A stretch of 64,000 nt of DNA. Source: Octopus vulgaris. Lineage: Eukaryota. The stretch covers positions 1,302,001 through 1,366,000 of the forward strand of contig OX597835.1 of NCBI GenBank assembly GCA_951406725.2, given 5' to 3'. Positions 1-13,328 of the stretch are shown in pieces (within the stretch, counting starts at the first letter, position 1; every line of letters begins with the position of its first letter). The notes beneath the pieces were generated by a model. The model was given only the letters and a program-made list of their open reading frames with translations, had not been told where the DNA came from and made no database searches. Made by a program: the position numbers and the translations under genes.

Positions 1-33
1 GTAATAGTAAAGAAGGAAAGAAATGAAACTTAC

Positions 34-135
34 TTTTGCAGCAAGATCTCTGTCGATATTTGTCACTTCAAACGGAACTGGTACATTATGAAGTGAGCAG
101 AGCTGTGTTAACAAAATTTTCACTTGATCTAATAT
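34..135 (-). CDS. UBE2Q: UBE2Q-like E2 enzyme, coding exon 3 (ILDQVKILLTQLCSLHNVPVPFEVTNIDRDLAAK)
   Basis: 102 nt, phase 0/0, bounded by CAG acceptor (136-138) and GTAAG donor (33-29); resembles the UBE2Q 'LKRIISDLCKLYNLP' segment; gene continues beyond window start. Confidence 0.85.
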
Positions 136-469
136 CTGAAAATTAAAACAAAAACATATGGCTTTACTTTAGTGAGAGAGAAAAAAAACAAACAAAAACA
201 AGTCGAAAATTGCTTATGATAGATAACAAAAGGAATGTTATTCTTTCAACATGGTTGGGTTAATCCAAGCTTATATCTTGGTGGAATGGCTCAACAGAAG
301 CAGTAAGATCTCAGGAGAGATTTACTTGCAATTTGTCTGCACATGAGTGTGTGCAAATCAGAGTCAAGAGTAGAAGATACCTGCCCAAGGTGCCACATAG
401 AGAGACCAAACCTGGGACCACGTGGTTGGGAAGCAATCTTCTTAACACAGCCACGCCTACAACTATAAT

Positions 470-1600
470 AAAGGATATCATAAACTATCAATATGAAGTT
501 GATATTTGGAACGTTGTATCGCACATTTGACGTACGATGCAACGGGAAAATAAATAACTTCCTCACAAATCATTCTACTCAAGATACACAATACTTGTAA
601 TTACACTCAACAACATGCAACTCCCAGCTTTACACAACTCACCGATTTTCCACACTCTCTGTGAATGTCCATTTATATTGTGGCACAGTCCATTAGGAGC
701 CAACCATGTAGGGGTGTTCTACTTCCACAGAACACCTTCCCCTTTTGAGAGTGGCTTTGTCCTTTTTTTTCATCTATTTATTCTTTTATTTTTATCATAA
801 TTTTATTTCCTTGGTGAGAAACTGGCACACCTCTTTCTCTTGGCCTTAATTTCCAGCATTTCTGTATGTTTTCTTTTCCTGTTTGACCTACGTGTCGGTT
901 CTGCTTTCACTTGTGGTTCTGGGACCTCAAACATGTCATACCAAATATCCATTGGCTCATCTCTGATTGGCACTCGTGCCAGTGGAACATTAAAATGTGC
1001 CAGTGGCACGTGAGAAACAACATTTGAACATGGTCGTTGCCAGTGTCGCCAGACTGGCTCCCGTGCAGGTGGCACATAAAAAGCACCCACTACACTCTCG
1101 GAGTGGTTGGCATTAGGAAGGGCATCCAGCTGTAGAAACTTTGCCAGACCAGATTGAGTCTGGTGCAGCCTCTGGCTCAAAGTCCTCAGTCAAACTGTCC
1201 AACCCATGCCAGCATGGCAAGTGGACATTAGACGATGATGATGATACGTTTTAAAATACACTTTATCACCTGTGTTAGAAAATTTTGTTCTACTTCCCGA
1301 ATTTTGTATTTTCCATTTTCTACTCGGCAACAATTTGTCAAACACAGAACGAATCTTTCTGAAGAACATCAAATCTACCCAACAGTATTTGAATTCGGTG
1401 TTATTCTGTACATGTGTAAGAACTTTGTCATATTTCTATCTCCAAAAGCTTCCTGTCTGGTCCTTCTTAAGGTTCTCTTGAATGTGTCGACGAATCTTTC
1501 CACTGACCTGTTTGACCTTGGATGTTCATGTGTGGAGTTCACACATGCTTCATCTGGACTGACTGACAGAATTTTTTGAATTCCTCTGCCGTGAACTGTG
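470..1600 (-). mobile_element. Decayed Gypsy LTR retrotransposon 3' part (integrase C-terminus, PPT, LTR start), interrupted by a LINE tail
   Basis: - strand reads TQFTAEEFKKFC...HPRSNRSVERFVDTFKR...FLHMYRITPN..LMFFRKIRSVFDKLLP; purine tract AAAAGGGGAAGG (746-735) directly followed by TG. Confidence 0.7.
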
Positions 1601-2277
1601 TGTCATTAATCCCCATCATGCTTCCACCCATTCACAATGTTTGTCCTGAATCTCAACAAAGTCAAGTCTGAAAATGCATGAAAAGCTTGCAATGGCAGGT
1701 AATCACTAATTTAATTGGCAAAGTTTCAGAAATTGGATCTTCTCCATTTTGACAGGGATAAAACCAATTATTTTTCGTCACACCCTTGAAAATAGGGAAA
1801 AAGCTTTTTATGAATAACGAAAATTTTCAAAAATTCTGGATTTTTTTTAAGACAAGATTTCAACCAATTCAGTGACCAATTCAAATTGTCATATTTCCGA
1901 AAATATTCATCCAAAGTTCACAAATGAAGTATCAAGATGTTTCTTTTTGGATGTTCTCCAAGAAAAAAGTACAGTAGAAGTTAGATTTAAATGTTTTCAA
2001 AAATTCATAGTGATACCTACTACAACTGAGATTCTCTTTTCCTGACTCACCTTCCCAACACACAGAGTAAAAAAATGCTTCTATTGTTTCATATTTACTT
2101 CACTGCTCCAACATTGCTGATATCCAAGACTACACTTCAAATATGTATCATGTGAAAAAGAACCACTTCCAACATCAGAAGAGCATAGAATCTGACAAAT
2201 GTTGTCACCAATCAAACCACTTAAGAATTTCGTAAACACTAAGGTTACATTTTTGAAAAAAAATCCCATCATACATA

Positions 2278-2545
2278 GGTGCAGGCACGGTTATATGGTA
2301 AGAAGTTTGCTTCCTAACCACATGGTCCCAGGTTCAGTTCCACTGTGTGGCAACATGAGCAAGTGCCTCAGGCCCACCAAAACACTTGACAACTGGTGTT
2401 GGTGTATTTACATCCCCATAACTTAGCAGAAACTGATTGACTAAGTACCAAGCTTAACAAAAAGTAAGGACTGGGGTCAATTCATTAGACTAAAAATTCA
2501 AGGTGGTGCCCCAGCATGGCCACAATCTAATGACAAACAAAAGAG
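2278..2545 (+). mobile_element. tRNA-derived SINE, family A
   Basis: Head GCAGGC..TGGTAAGAAG..GGTTCAGTTCC with A/B boxes; further copies near 290-460 (-), 5357-5670, 7045-7420, 10321-10505, 10620-10770 (-), 17960-18278 (-), 46820-47200, 47226-47380 (-), 52725-53000, 53670-53835 (-), 58570-58840 (-). Confidence 0.8.
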
Positions 2546-3109
2546 AAAAAAAGAAGATACTTGATTCCTTGGTGCACTTTGGACACATTGTAAATACACA
2601 ACCGTCAGCAAATTAAACTTATTTACAAATTTAACATTTTATCATTATTCTTCTATAAACATAAAAGTCCAACTTTTATTCCAGTTTTATGGAAAATTTA
2701 TGGAAAATAATCTCTACATTTTGCTTTCTACTTTTTATTTCTGGTTTTACTCTCTCTTTCTCTCATTGATTTTAAATGGAATGCCATGATTGTACATAAA
2801 AAAAGAAATCCTCTTTCCTCCAAATTCTTATCCGAGAACATCTGAGGAAAGGAGAATTACAGAACAGCAGAAAAACATTTCCAAAGAGGAAGAAGCAGTC
2901 TTAGAGTAAGCTTACAGATAAGGTTTAACGAGCAAAAAAAGAAACTGAAGGTTTACCAATGTATTCCATATCTTTTTTTTAAAAAACAACAATCAGTACA
3001 TGCTACTTAATTGTAAAAAGAAATCAATTTTGATTTGGAATTTTGCATTTTCGAAATTAAATACAGTTCTTGCAAAAAAAAATAATAATAATTCATTCAT
3101 TTCCTGATC

Positions 3110-3740
3110 TTTTTAGTGCTCACTTAAATGTGTCTATGAACCTTTCTGCTTGCCCATTTGATCTCAGGTGGTACAGTGGAAGAGATACCAATGATTACAT
3201 ACCTCTTACAGAAATTTTTAAACTCATACCCTGTAAACTGCATTCAATTATCCAATACTATGGTGTCCAGGGCAACGTATCATGCAAAAATTTGTGAAGG
3301 AACCTTATTGTTATCTTTGAGGTTGATTGACTGCATTTACATATCTCCGGGCACATAGTATAGCTGCCTACTATGATCGGATAAAAGGTGCTATTTACCA
3401 ATCCAGCAAAATCTATATGTAGCCAGGACCATGGACTGTGTCTTAGATGGAATTTCACTGGTGGTGACTTTGCTGTGGGAGCACAACCTCTGCAAGAGTT
3501 CGCCAATTCCTCACTATCACGGTCCACAGGAGGCCAATACACACCTAACTCCTCATTACTGATTTCATTCTTGAAATCCCTGCGTGTCCCATATGAAATT
3601 CACTTAATACAGGCTTTTGTAGTGCGGCTGACACTACAACTCTTTCTGTGTACATCAACACATTATCACACAGAGAAAAAAGGCTCGCATTTGTGTTGCA
3701 TATATTTTTATTTTCTTTTACCTTCACACAGTTTCTTTTA
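3110..3740 (-). mobile_element. Decayed Gypsy integrase fragment
   Basis: FHMGHAGISRMKSVMRS, YWP, CRGC, PWSWLHIDFAG, QFTGYEFKNFC, SNGQAERFIDTFK across frameshifts. Confidence 0.85.
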
Positions 3741-4524
3741 ACTTATTTTGAACTTATTTCTAAGAAAAGTAGATAGCAAAAATGAGGCAATAGATTAACA
3801 TGTTTCAGCATTAGGATTACTGGAAAGGGATTGGCTTTCTTTTCCAGACAAAATTGACTTAGGAAAATACCAACTGATTTATAAGTATAAGCCATGTTTA
3901 TTCCTATTTCATGTAAATATAACAAATATTTGGAACAAAATATTTTAATTTCTACATGGAGTTTTAAACCTATTCCTTTGACACAATGTTTCACTACCAA
4001 ACAAATATAAACTTCAAAATACGTCCAAGTAGTTTAAGAAAAATAAGGGTTTATGATACAGAACAAAAGAGATCTTGATTGTCTCCATTTGAACAATAAT
4101 TGGCAACACAAGAGTTACTTGGCCCAAAACATAACAAGGAAAATCCATTCCATAAAAAGCAACGCCGAAAGATTAATTTTTAAAAATCATTTCGTCAATG
4201 ATGCTTTCGAAACCACAATTATGATATTAAAAAGGTTTTTGGGGGGGGGGGGGGGAAACACACACACACAGAAAGCGCATGGCCCAGTGGTTAGGGTGTT
4301 GCATTTACAATCCCAAGATCATAATTTTAAACTGGCAGCTCCCCTCCCCTCCACCGTAAATGAGTGACCCTGCAAACGATTGGTGTTCCATTCAGAGAGA
4401 ATGTTGACCTGCCCAACCCTGTCAGTGGAGCTGTAATCATTCGAAAGCTACAATGATGCAAGGAAATAGATTGTGACCAGCAGTGTACAATAATGTCCAA
4501 TGGTCTGGTTTGATACAGTGATAT

Positions 4525-4569
<45 letters not shown>

Positions 4570-5093
4570 TTACATACATATTTATAAAACACCTGAATTG
4601 TTTACTTTCCTTATATAAAATCTCATCTGGAATATTTCTAATATCAATTTACACAACTATGAACTTTCTAGCCAAAAAGTTTATCTTTGCCATTGTTATT
4701 CCACTTCTGACGTAAAAATTGAAGATAATTCTGTTAACATTATCAAAAATTATATAATTCCCCTTGAACTTCTATCTCCACAATTATAGTCTTAAAAAAG
4801 ACTTCTTTTTTTTTTGTTTAAACAAAGTTTTATATATTGGACTATATTACTACTTTCACAGTTTTCCAAGCGAAACATTTCAACATTTTTGTAATACAAG
4901 ATAAAAAATTCCAAAAACTTCTTATTCTATGTTGCAAAAGTTGTTTTTTGTTTTGTTTCGTATTTTTTACAGTTTAAAACAGAGACAGTCAAAATTGTAC
5001 AAAAGGAAAAGTAACAAATGTTAACATTAAGGAGGAAACATTACGTGTGACACAAAACAGCAGAGATTTAATGGTCAGTGGAACTTTACTCAC

Positions 5094-5198
5094 AGTGTAT
5101 TTATCAGCAGTGGCATTGCACAAATGTTCAATTGCACTGGTTATCATTGGGTCTTCAATATCACTAAACCATATCGGAGCAGACTGAGGATACGTCTC
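5094..5198 (-). CDS. UBE2Q: UBE2Q-like coding exon 2 (ETYPQSAPIWFSDIEDPMITSAIEHLCNATADKYT)
   Basis: 105 nt, phase 0/0, CAG acceptor and GTGAG donor; YPxxxPxW motif of the RWD-like N-terminal domain. Confidence 0.9.
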
Positions 5199-5957
5199 CT
5201 GGAAAGACAAAAGATTTCAACATAGAAAAACACATCTGTAGAAAACGATAAAAAATAAGGATTAAGAAGAAATGAAAAAACAAGAATGGATAATGGTAGA
5301 AGAGTCATTAAATAGTGAAGGAGGGGTAAAGCATGAGGAATGGCAGAAGTCTCACTGGTCCTAGGTTCAATCCCAGTGCATGGCACCTTAGGCAAGTGTC
5401 TTCTACTATAGTCTCGATCCAACCCAAGTCTTGTGAGTGAATTTAGTAGATGGAAACTGAAAGAAGCCTGTTGTGTATGTCTGTGTCTGTCACCACTTGA
5501 CAACTGATGTTGGTGCGTTTACATCCCCATAACTTAGCAGTTCAGCAAAAGAGACTGACAGATACCAAGCTTAACAAAAAGTAAACACTGAGGTCAATTC
5601 ATTTGATAGATTTTTCAAGGCAGTGCTCCAGCATGGTCACAGTCTAATGACTGAAACAAGTAAAAGATGAAAGGTAAGGAGTTTAGTAAGAGAATATCGA
5701 ATTCTGTAGAGACAAGTCAGTCAAAACTAGTTGAGTTGTTTTGTATGTCCATAATACACACAAAATCTGTCAAGTAAACATAACTGTGGTGGGAACGGTA
5801 TCAAAACACATGTTTGGTTTAACAGTAAAACAATCGCCACTGAAATATTACATCTCACATAAGCAACCGTTAGAGATGATTATGACAATTTAGTTGTTGA
5901 CCTTGATATATAAATCAAAAAAAAAAAAGACAAACTGATAGAAGCTTTAACAGATTT

Positions 5958-6815
5958 ACGAGGTGGTATCAAAAGGTTCCTGGACTAGTTAGGTTTAATC
6001 AAGAATAACTTAGTTACCTAAGTTTTAACATCATCTCCTTCAAAACAGTCACCTTGCACAGCAATACACCAGCTCCTACATGCCTGCCACTTTTGGAATC
6101 CAGCCTTCAAGTCACTTTCCATTAGTGAGTCGGGGACCTTCTGCAATCTGCTTTAGATCTCGACAATGGTGTTAAAATGGTGACCTTTGTAGCTGCATTT
6201 CCATTTTGGGAAGGAGATGGAAGTCCACGTGTGCTAAATCTGGCAAATAGGGTAAATAGGGTGGGTGCCGAAGTGATACCATGTTGTTTTTGGCAAGTGA
6301 GGAGAGCTTGGTGCATTGTCGTTGCAAAGAATCCAATTCTTTACACTCCACAAATCTGGTCACTTTCCTCCCTCAAACTCTTCAAAACATTGCAATAGAA
6401 CTCTCAATTGATGGTCTGGCACAATACCAGTTGATGCTCATGGCAGGTTTTCCAGATTGCCCATCATCTTTCAGAGACATTCTTTCACTTTTGAAGCCCC
6501 CCATGCCACTCGAAACATTGTATACAACCAATTGCCTCATCACCATAAGCTTGAAGCAAGCTCAATGTCTCTGGAGCAAATTTTCCAAGTTCAATGCAAA
6601 ATTTCACATTGGCTCTTTGTTCCTGTCCATGACATAATCGCGGACTACAGCAGACACAGGATCACAAAAACACAAATTTCACAACTTGCAAAGTAAACAC
6701 AGCAATGTCACTCAGCACACTGCCTCATGAAGGTCACTGCCAGCTCTCACTGCACATGCAACCATGTGCTGCCATCTGTTGGTGTGCTACAGAACTAGTC
6801 TAGGAACTTTTTGAT
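5958..6815 (-). mobile_element. Internally deleted mariner element
   Basis: TIRs TACGAGGTGGTATCAAAAGGTTCCTGGACTAGTT / AACTAGTCTAGGAACTTTTTGAT; HPPYLP..DLAHVDFHLLPKM resembles YSPDLAPxD. Confidence 0.85.
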
Positions 6816-7911
6816 GTTGTATTCATATGGACCTTACTCCAAACAGTTTTTAACACGGCATGAGACTGATGGAAATCTGGACCATCTCAGGTGAACGAAA
6901 GAGGTTAGGAATGTGAAAAAAGACTAAAACGAAATTATTCTTATTAATAAGAACTCTACACACAAACAACAAGCAGATCTGCAGAGATAAATTCAGTAGC
7001 TAAGAATAGATGCTTTATTCTTCAGGACTACAAACTGATACAAAGTGTAGTTGTGTGGTTAACAAGTTTGCTTCCCAACTGTGTGATCTTAGGTTCAGTC
7101 CCACTGCACAGCACCTTGGGCAAGTGTCTTACTAGAGACCCCAGGGCAACCAAAGCCTTTTGAGTGGATATGTTACACAGAAACTAAAAGAAGCCTGTAT
7201 GCGTGTGTATATGTACATCTGTTCCTTACTACTACTAGACAACCGATTTTGGTTTGTTTACATCCCCAAAATTAGCGGTTCGGCAAAAGAGACTGACAGA
7301 AAAGTAGTAGGCCTAAAAGAAAAAAGAAAGACTGGAGTAGATTTGTTCAACTAAACCCTTCAAGGCAGTGCCCCAGCATGGTCACAATTCAATGACAAAC
7401 AGGTAAAACAAGTAAAAGATTTTCTCTTTCAGTTTAAGAAAATTAGTATGAAGTTCACCTGATTTTGGCTCACACTTTCAGATTCTTTCTAACTACACTT
7501 CTTTTGATCTCGTTGTCTGAATCAGCCGCATGCAGCCCAAATATACCAGTTGTTTTATCTTCAAACTGGCAAGATCCAGCCTCTCACACCTACCCCACAA
7601 TCCCATTCTAAAACTAAAACATACCTAGGAGATAATGCATGACTAATTCAAATGCCAAAGGATAAATTGACACCTTTTATTTGTTATAAGAGAATTTCTG
7701 TTATTTCTTTTACACATTTCTTCCCAAAAGGTTGTGGCCATGCTAGAGCACTACCAGTGTAATCACCAAAAGGAGAGGGTTTGGGGATGGCTATCCTTTG
7801 GGGAGGAATTAAAATTGGGGGGGGGGGGCATATCTGCTTGTCTTTATGTAGGAGTGGATTCATGTATTGAATTAACATTTGGAGGATGTGTGGGTGTGTA
7901 TATGATTTTAT

Positions 7912-7948
<37 letters not shown>

Positions 7949-7987
7949 ATCACACCCACCCACACACATCCCCCAAATGTATGTATT

Positions 7988-8031
<44 letters not shown>

Positions 8032-8063
8032 ATATATATATATATATATATATAGGTGTGCGC

Positions 8064-8278
8064 GAGAGGGTGCTGAAGTGTTTTTGGTTTTAAGGGTGTA
8101 GTGAAAGGCCTGGTTGGAGACCCAGCCTCCCAAGTTCTTTCACACAGTTTAGCAAAACTGAAAGACCTCTGCAATAATTCTGTGAATCTGAGAGGAGAAA
8201 ATGTTAAATAGAATAAAAATTAACTGATCCTCCTGTATTTTCTTTTACTCAGAGCCAGGAAATGTTCAGCAACTCCTC
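8064..8278. mobile_element. Mariner-type MITE
   Basis: Degenerate TIRs GAGAGGGTGCTGAAGTGTTTTTGG / AGCCAGGAAATGTTCAGCAACTCCTC. Confidence 0.55.
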
Positions 8279-8429
8279 AGTCTTATATAAAATATAGATT
8301 CCAACCACAAAACATGGTTGGAATTTACATACGTACATACACAAGCCTATGTGATAGGCAAACAAATGCGGCAAATTTAATTATTTCTCCACAGATTGGA
8401 AAATATGAACAACTTTTAATCTATTTTTG

Positions 8430-8746
8430 AACCTTATTTGGTTCTCATCACAGGGGCCATCCGGACTCCTGCCTTCACCATGAAAAGGAATTAATCTTCT
8501 CTCTTCACCCCTTTGTGTCACAGAGGCTCAACTCCCTTCCTCTCTTCATCTGACACCTACTTCTCTTCCCTCCTACCTACCTCCTCTCTTCATTGATGCC
8601 ACCCACCTCACCACCACTCCACACACACTAGCACTGACCACTTCCCAGCACCCACACACAATTTTCAATAGTGTCACCACACATACCACTCTACAAGCAG
8701 CCACCACACACTTCAGAGTCACTAGCCTCTATTCATACACAACATT

Positions 8747-8782
<36 letters not shown>

Positions 8783-8920
8783 TCTTCATTTGGGATCACC
8801 AGCACTTAGAGCACAGGCTCAAAATGTCAAAGACCTTCTCACCTTCCCAAGTGTCAAACTAATACACCTGCTTGTTGTTTATACACCTGTCTTTATTTTT
8901 CGTTTTTCTATAAATTTCAA
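8430..8920 (+). mobile_element. Decayed Penelope-like element 3' end
   Basis: HEKELIFSLHPFVSQRLN resembles the GIY-YIG C-terminal E.xLIF.L....P.GLN; terminal repeat shared with 10150-10290 (+) and 55890-56000 (-). Confidence 0.5.
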
Positions 8921-10149
8921 ATCCTTTTAAAACATTGTCAATCATTTCATACAGACATCCAATGTGAATTGGTGAGCAGTTCTTGTGGTAGTGTACAAGA
9001 AGAAGTGGGAAAACTGCTGGGTTTCACATCACACAAGGCACAGACATATACATGTACAGAAATATACTCTATTACAGAACTATATACTTTATAGCAATGG
9101 AGAGCATCTGACATTCAAACCTACTATTTATCAATTTCATGTTAACTTATTGATTATATTTTTCTGATTCTTCAGCTGACATTCAAACAGTATTTTCTTT
9201 TTTTCTTTCTTTTTTTTTTTGCTTTAGAAAAGCCTATCTTTTGTAAGAGAAGGAAGAGTAAGCAGCCAGCAGAACAGGTCTTTTTAAAGATGCTACTATG
9301 AGTGATGCCAAACTTTTCAAAATGAAAAGTATTTACAAAATCTAATTATTCCTGCATAGACATAAAGGCAGGAGAGAAAAGACACAGGCATCAGCTTGGA
9401 ATTCCTTTATAACCAAGTACATGCCCATGTTTTTTTTCTCTCTCGTTATTGATGTGTATTTTATATGATGTTATAGCCTTTCTCAGATCACAGAGAGCCC
9501 AGTAGAGTTGTGCAGAGGGGGCAATTTGGCATAATTACTAATAAGAGCTGCGACCTAAACGGTAAATTTGTCATGCACCGAGAGCATCCATTTCCACAGA
9601 CATCATTAGTTTACACTCTGTATCAATACCAAACGGCACCATATTGGCTTCCTGGAATAACCAGCGCAAGGATCCAAAACCTCAACTGATTGCACATTAT
9701 TCACACAAATACTCATCTGTACCTTAAAACATCAGCCCCGCATCATTGAAAATATTTTCTATATTTCACAATTCAAACAATTCAGTCAGCAAATAAGAAG
9801 CACATGACTTGCCCACATCGCAACCTGGTCGCCTTCAAGAGCCCAGAAAACAGACTTGGACCACACCTTACTTATACAACCTGATTCCTAAAAGGCACAA
9901 CAAATATGAGGCCTGACTAAGCTTCATGTGTTGAAGACCATCTCCTTTAATAAACTGTCTCTGGTTCATCAATATCTTTTCAATGACAGCCACTGAGAAG
10001 GTTTTGATTCATGAGAATAATGGACTCATAAAGTATACAGAATAAAAAAAAAAGTTAATATCTTATATGAAGATAAAACAAAAATAAAGAGCTCAGTCAG
10101 CCATTTCTTCGATTATTAGACAAATTTATTCTCAAAGTTAAATGTTTTA

Positions 10150-10290
10150 TATGTGTGTATACGTTCCTTTCTGTGGAAGAGCGTAGGCTCGAAACGTTAA
10201 AGACTTTTTCAATTACCGAGCGTTATACTAATACACCTGTTTGTTTTCTACACCACCCGTCTTTTGTTTTTTTCGTGAATTCTTCCCCTA
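10150..10290 (+). mobile_element. Penelope-like terminal repeat with hammerhead-like variant
   Basis: CTTT CTGTGGA A GAG-CGTAGG-CTC GAAACGTT AAAG at 10167-10202; homologous to 8806-8920 and 55890-56000. Confidence 0.45.
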
Positions 10291-10551
10291 TATATATATA
10301 TATATGTGTGTGTGTATGTATGCAGGTGTGGCCGTGTGGTAAGAAGCTTGCTTCCCAACCACATGGTTCCAGGTTTGGTCCTATTGCATGGCACATTAGG
10401 CGCCTTCTACTATATCTTTAGGCCTGCCAAAACCTTGTGAGTGGATTTGGTAGATGGAAACCAAAAGAAGCTGATTGTGTGTGTGTTCATCCCCCACCAT
10501 CACTTGTGTATGTATATATATATATATATATACATACACACACACACACAG

Positions 10552-10600
<49 letters not shown>

Positions 10601-11461
10601 CACACACACAAGTATATATGCGACGGGATTCCTTCAGTTTCCATCTACCAAATTCACTCAAGGCGTTGGTCAGCCCAAGACTATAGAAGAGGACACCTGC
10701 CCAAAGTGGCAGGCAGTGGGGCTGAACCCGGAACCAAGCCCCTTACCCTGCAGCCACTCCTGCACCGCGTGTGTAAATGAGGAAAAATTAAATTAAAAAC
10801 AATGTTAAAACTTTCCAAATACAAGTACGAAATATTTTGTTGAATAAAGGGTGTGTGTGTGTATATGTGAGAGCGAGTGTGTATACATATACACACATAT
10901 ACAAATATATATTCTGAACTGACGTATTTATTTCATCTAGTTTCAGCTCACGAGCTGTGGCCATGCTGGGGCACCGCCATTAGAACAAGTCAGTAAGTCA
11001 TACACACACACACACACACGATGTCCATGAGGAAAAATTGTTATATATTTATAAATTTATTCAAATAAAACTAAAAAGAATAACTTTACATATTTTTTTG
11101 AAAATTTAAAAACAACAAAAAGTAACAACGTCAAAGATGTTACGAAGAGGAGGAAATCGAGTGGAATTAATGATCGCTGTTTGAGCAGAAGAAGAAGAAT
11201 AACGCGAAATCCTTTAATAAAAACCAATGGGGGGGGAGTGAGAGGGGGAAACAGTAAAAACAATAATTAAAGAGGGGGGGGGGAATCAAAACAACGGGCA
11301 GCAGCAGAAAAATATTCTTTTGTTTACTAAAGAGTTGTGCAGAGAAGAAGAAGAAGAAGAAGAGTGTGTGAAGCTGTTTGCCACAGAAGAAGGAATCTGT
11401 TCCGTTTCTGTTACAGCAGCCATTTTGTAGCCACCAACTCTTGTTGACAGTCAAGGCGTTA

Positions 11462-11493
<32 letters not shown>

Positions 11494-11885
11494 CACATAT
11501 ATATACACAAACACGCTCGCAATTATGGATACAACATTCAAACAGAATATGTATTATACACATCAAGGATATACCTTACATCTGTTGTGTGCATTATATA
11601 TATATATATATATATACATACATATATACAAATATTATTACATACATGCGTATAAAGGATTTATCTTACATCTGTGTCTAATGTATATACGCATAAATTT
11701 TATACATACACAACGCGTGTGTGTATACATAGATATAGATGCAAAAAGGAGGCAACTGATGCGTAGTGTCAAAGCTTTGAGGGGTCACTGACACTTTGAA
11801 CCCAGCCACAAAACTTAAAAACAAAATAGCTACGTGAACAGAAACTCAGTTATAAATACCTAAATAATATATAATGCATGTGTGC

Positions 11886-11924
<39 letters not shown>

Positions 11925-12013
11925 CATACGTAATTACAAACATACATACACACACACACATTCGAACCTTCCTCCCTACTTTCAAAAATGAGTTATCGTG
12001 AAATATACACATG

Positions 12014-12052
<39 letters not shown>

Positions 12053-12432
12053 CAAGCCCACAATATCACTCAAAATAAAATACGAATTTCCACGAAAAAT
12101 TTATATATAAAAAGCAATGTTTACAATAAAAGTGGTGTGTGTGTGTTAATCGATTACTGAACCATCCCTACAGCTTATCTCTAAATTTTCGACCGAGTTT
12201 TTGTTCCCAGATTAATACAATAATAGCTTTGTGTTCCATTAAATTAACCCTCCCTTACATACGCGAAGGGAAGTGCGTGCGAGAGAGAGAGAGGAGGGAG
12301 GGGACACTCAAATAGACGGAATACACGAAGACTTCCTCTTACATGTACGCAATCACTGAAATGCTTTTTCTTTCCAATATACTTGCCCTTGAAACGCTTT
12401 GTTTATATTTAGCCTCTCTCTCTCATACATAC

Positions 12433-12465
<33 letters not shown>

Positions 12466-12660
12466 CACATATATACATACCTATATACATATATACCTAT
12501 ATAACACATATATGCACCCATATATATATATACACACACACACACACATATATATATACACACGCATACAATTTCATTCTAAACCTATATTGTGGAGCGC
12601 TGAGAATTGTGTTTAATTCAAACCAGGCTGTATGCATGTGTGTGAGTATACATGTATGTG

Positions 12661-12694
<34 letters not shown>

Positions 12695-13143
12695 AATCAA
12701 CCAGAATAAGAGAAAGCTATGACAAAACTTAAGGAGTTTGACGTTTCCTAAATCGTTTCCTCCATTTTCTGGTCAAATGACGGCATAGGCACAAAGCCAC
12801 CACCGAATGTGGGCTGAAGGGGGGAACACCCTGAGTGCTTCGCTGCTGCTGCTTTGGTAATTCTCACTCAATAAGCAATAAACAGCTGCCGACTGCGTAG
12901 AGATTGTCACCTGAAACACCGTAGCTTTCCTTCCTTCGTTGTCATTCCATCTTTCTGATTCTTTCACCAATAATGATACAGCATAATAATCAGAATTCAA
13001 TGCCAACCAAGAAGAATGAGACACTGAGAAAGTTAAAGGGAAATCAGATTCATTTATGAAAATTGAAATCTAATTTCCAAGTCTAATCTGCCAGTGTCTG
13101 TCTGTCACTCTCTCTATCTCTCCCTCAGTATATGTATTTCTAC

Positions 13144-13185
<42 letters not shown>

Positions 13186-13269
13186 GTCCATGGGTATATA
13201 TATGTCTATATATATATATATATATATATATGACTATATGTATATGTATATACACACACACACACACAC

Positions 13270-13315
<46 letters not shown>

Positions 13316-13328
13316 ATATATATATATA

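Noticed and set aside
803-1180. 125-aa ORF with a basic NLS-like tail
   Set aside because: Chimera of an antisense LINE tail and the end of a decayed Gypsy pol
10321-10400. SINE heads as additional tRNA genes
   Set aside because: A/B boxes present but no cloverleaf, and each runs into a SINE body
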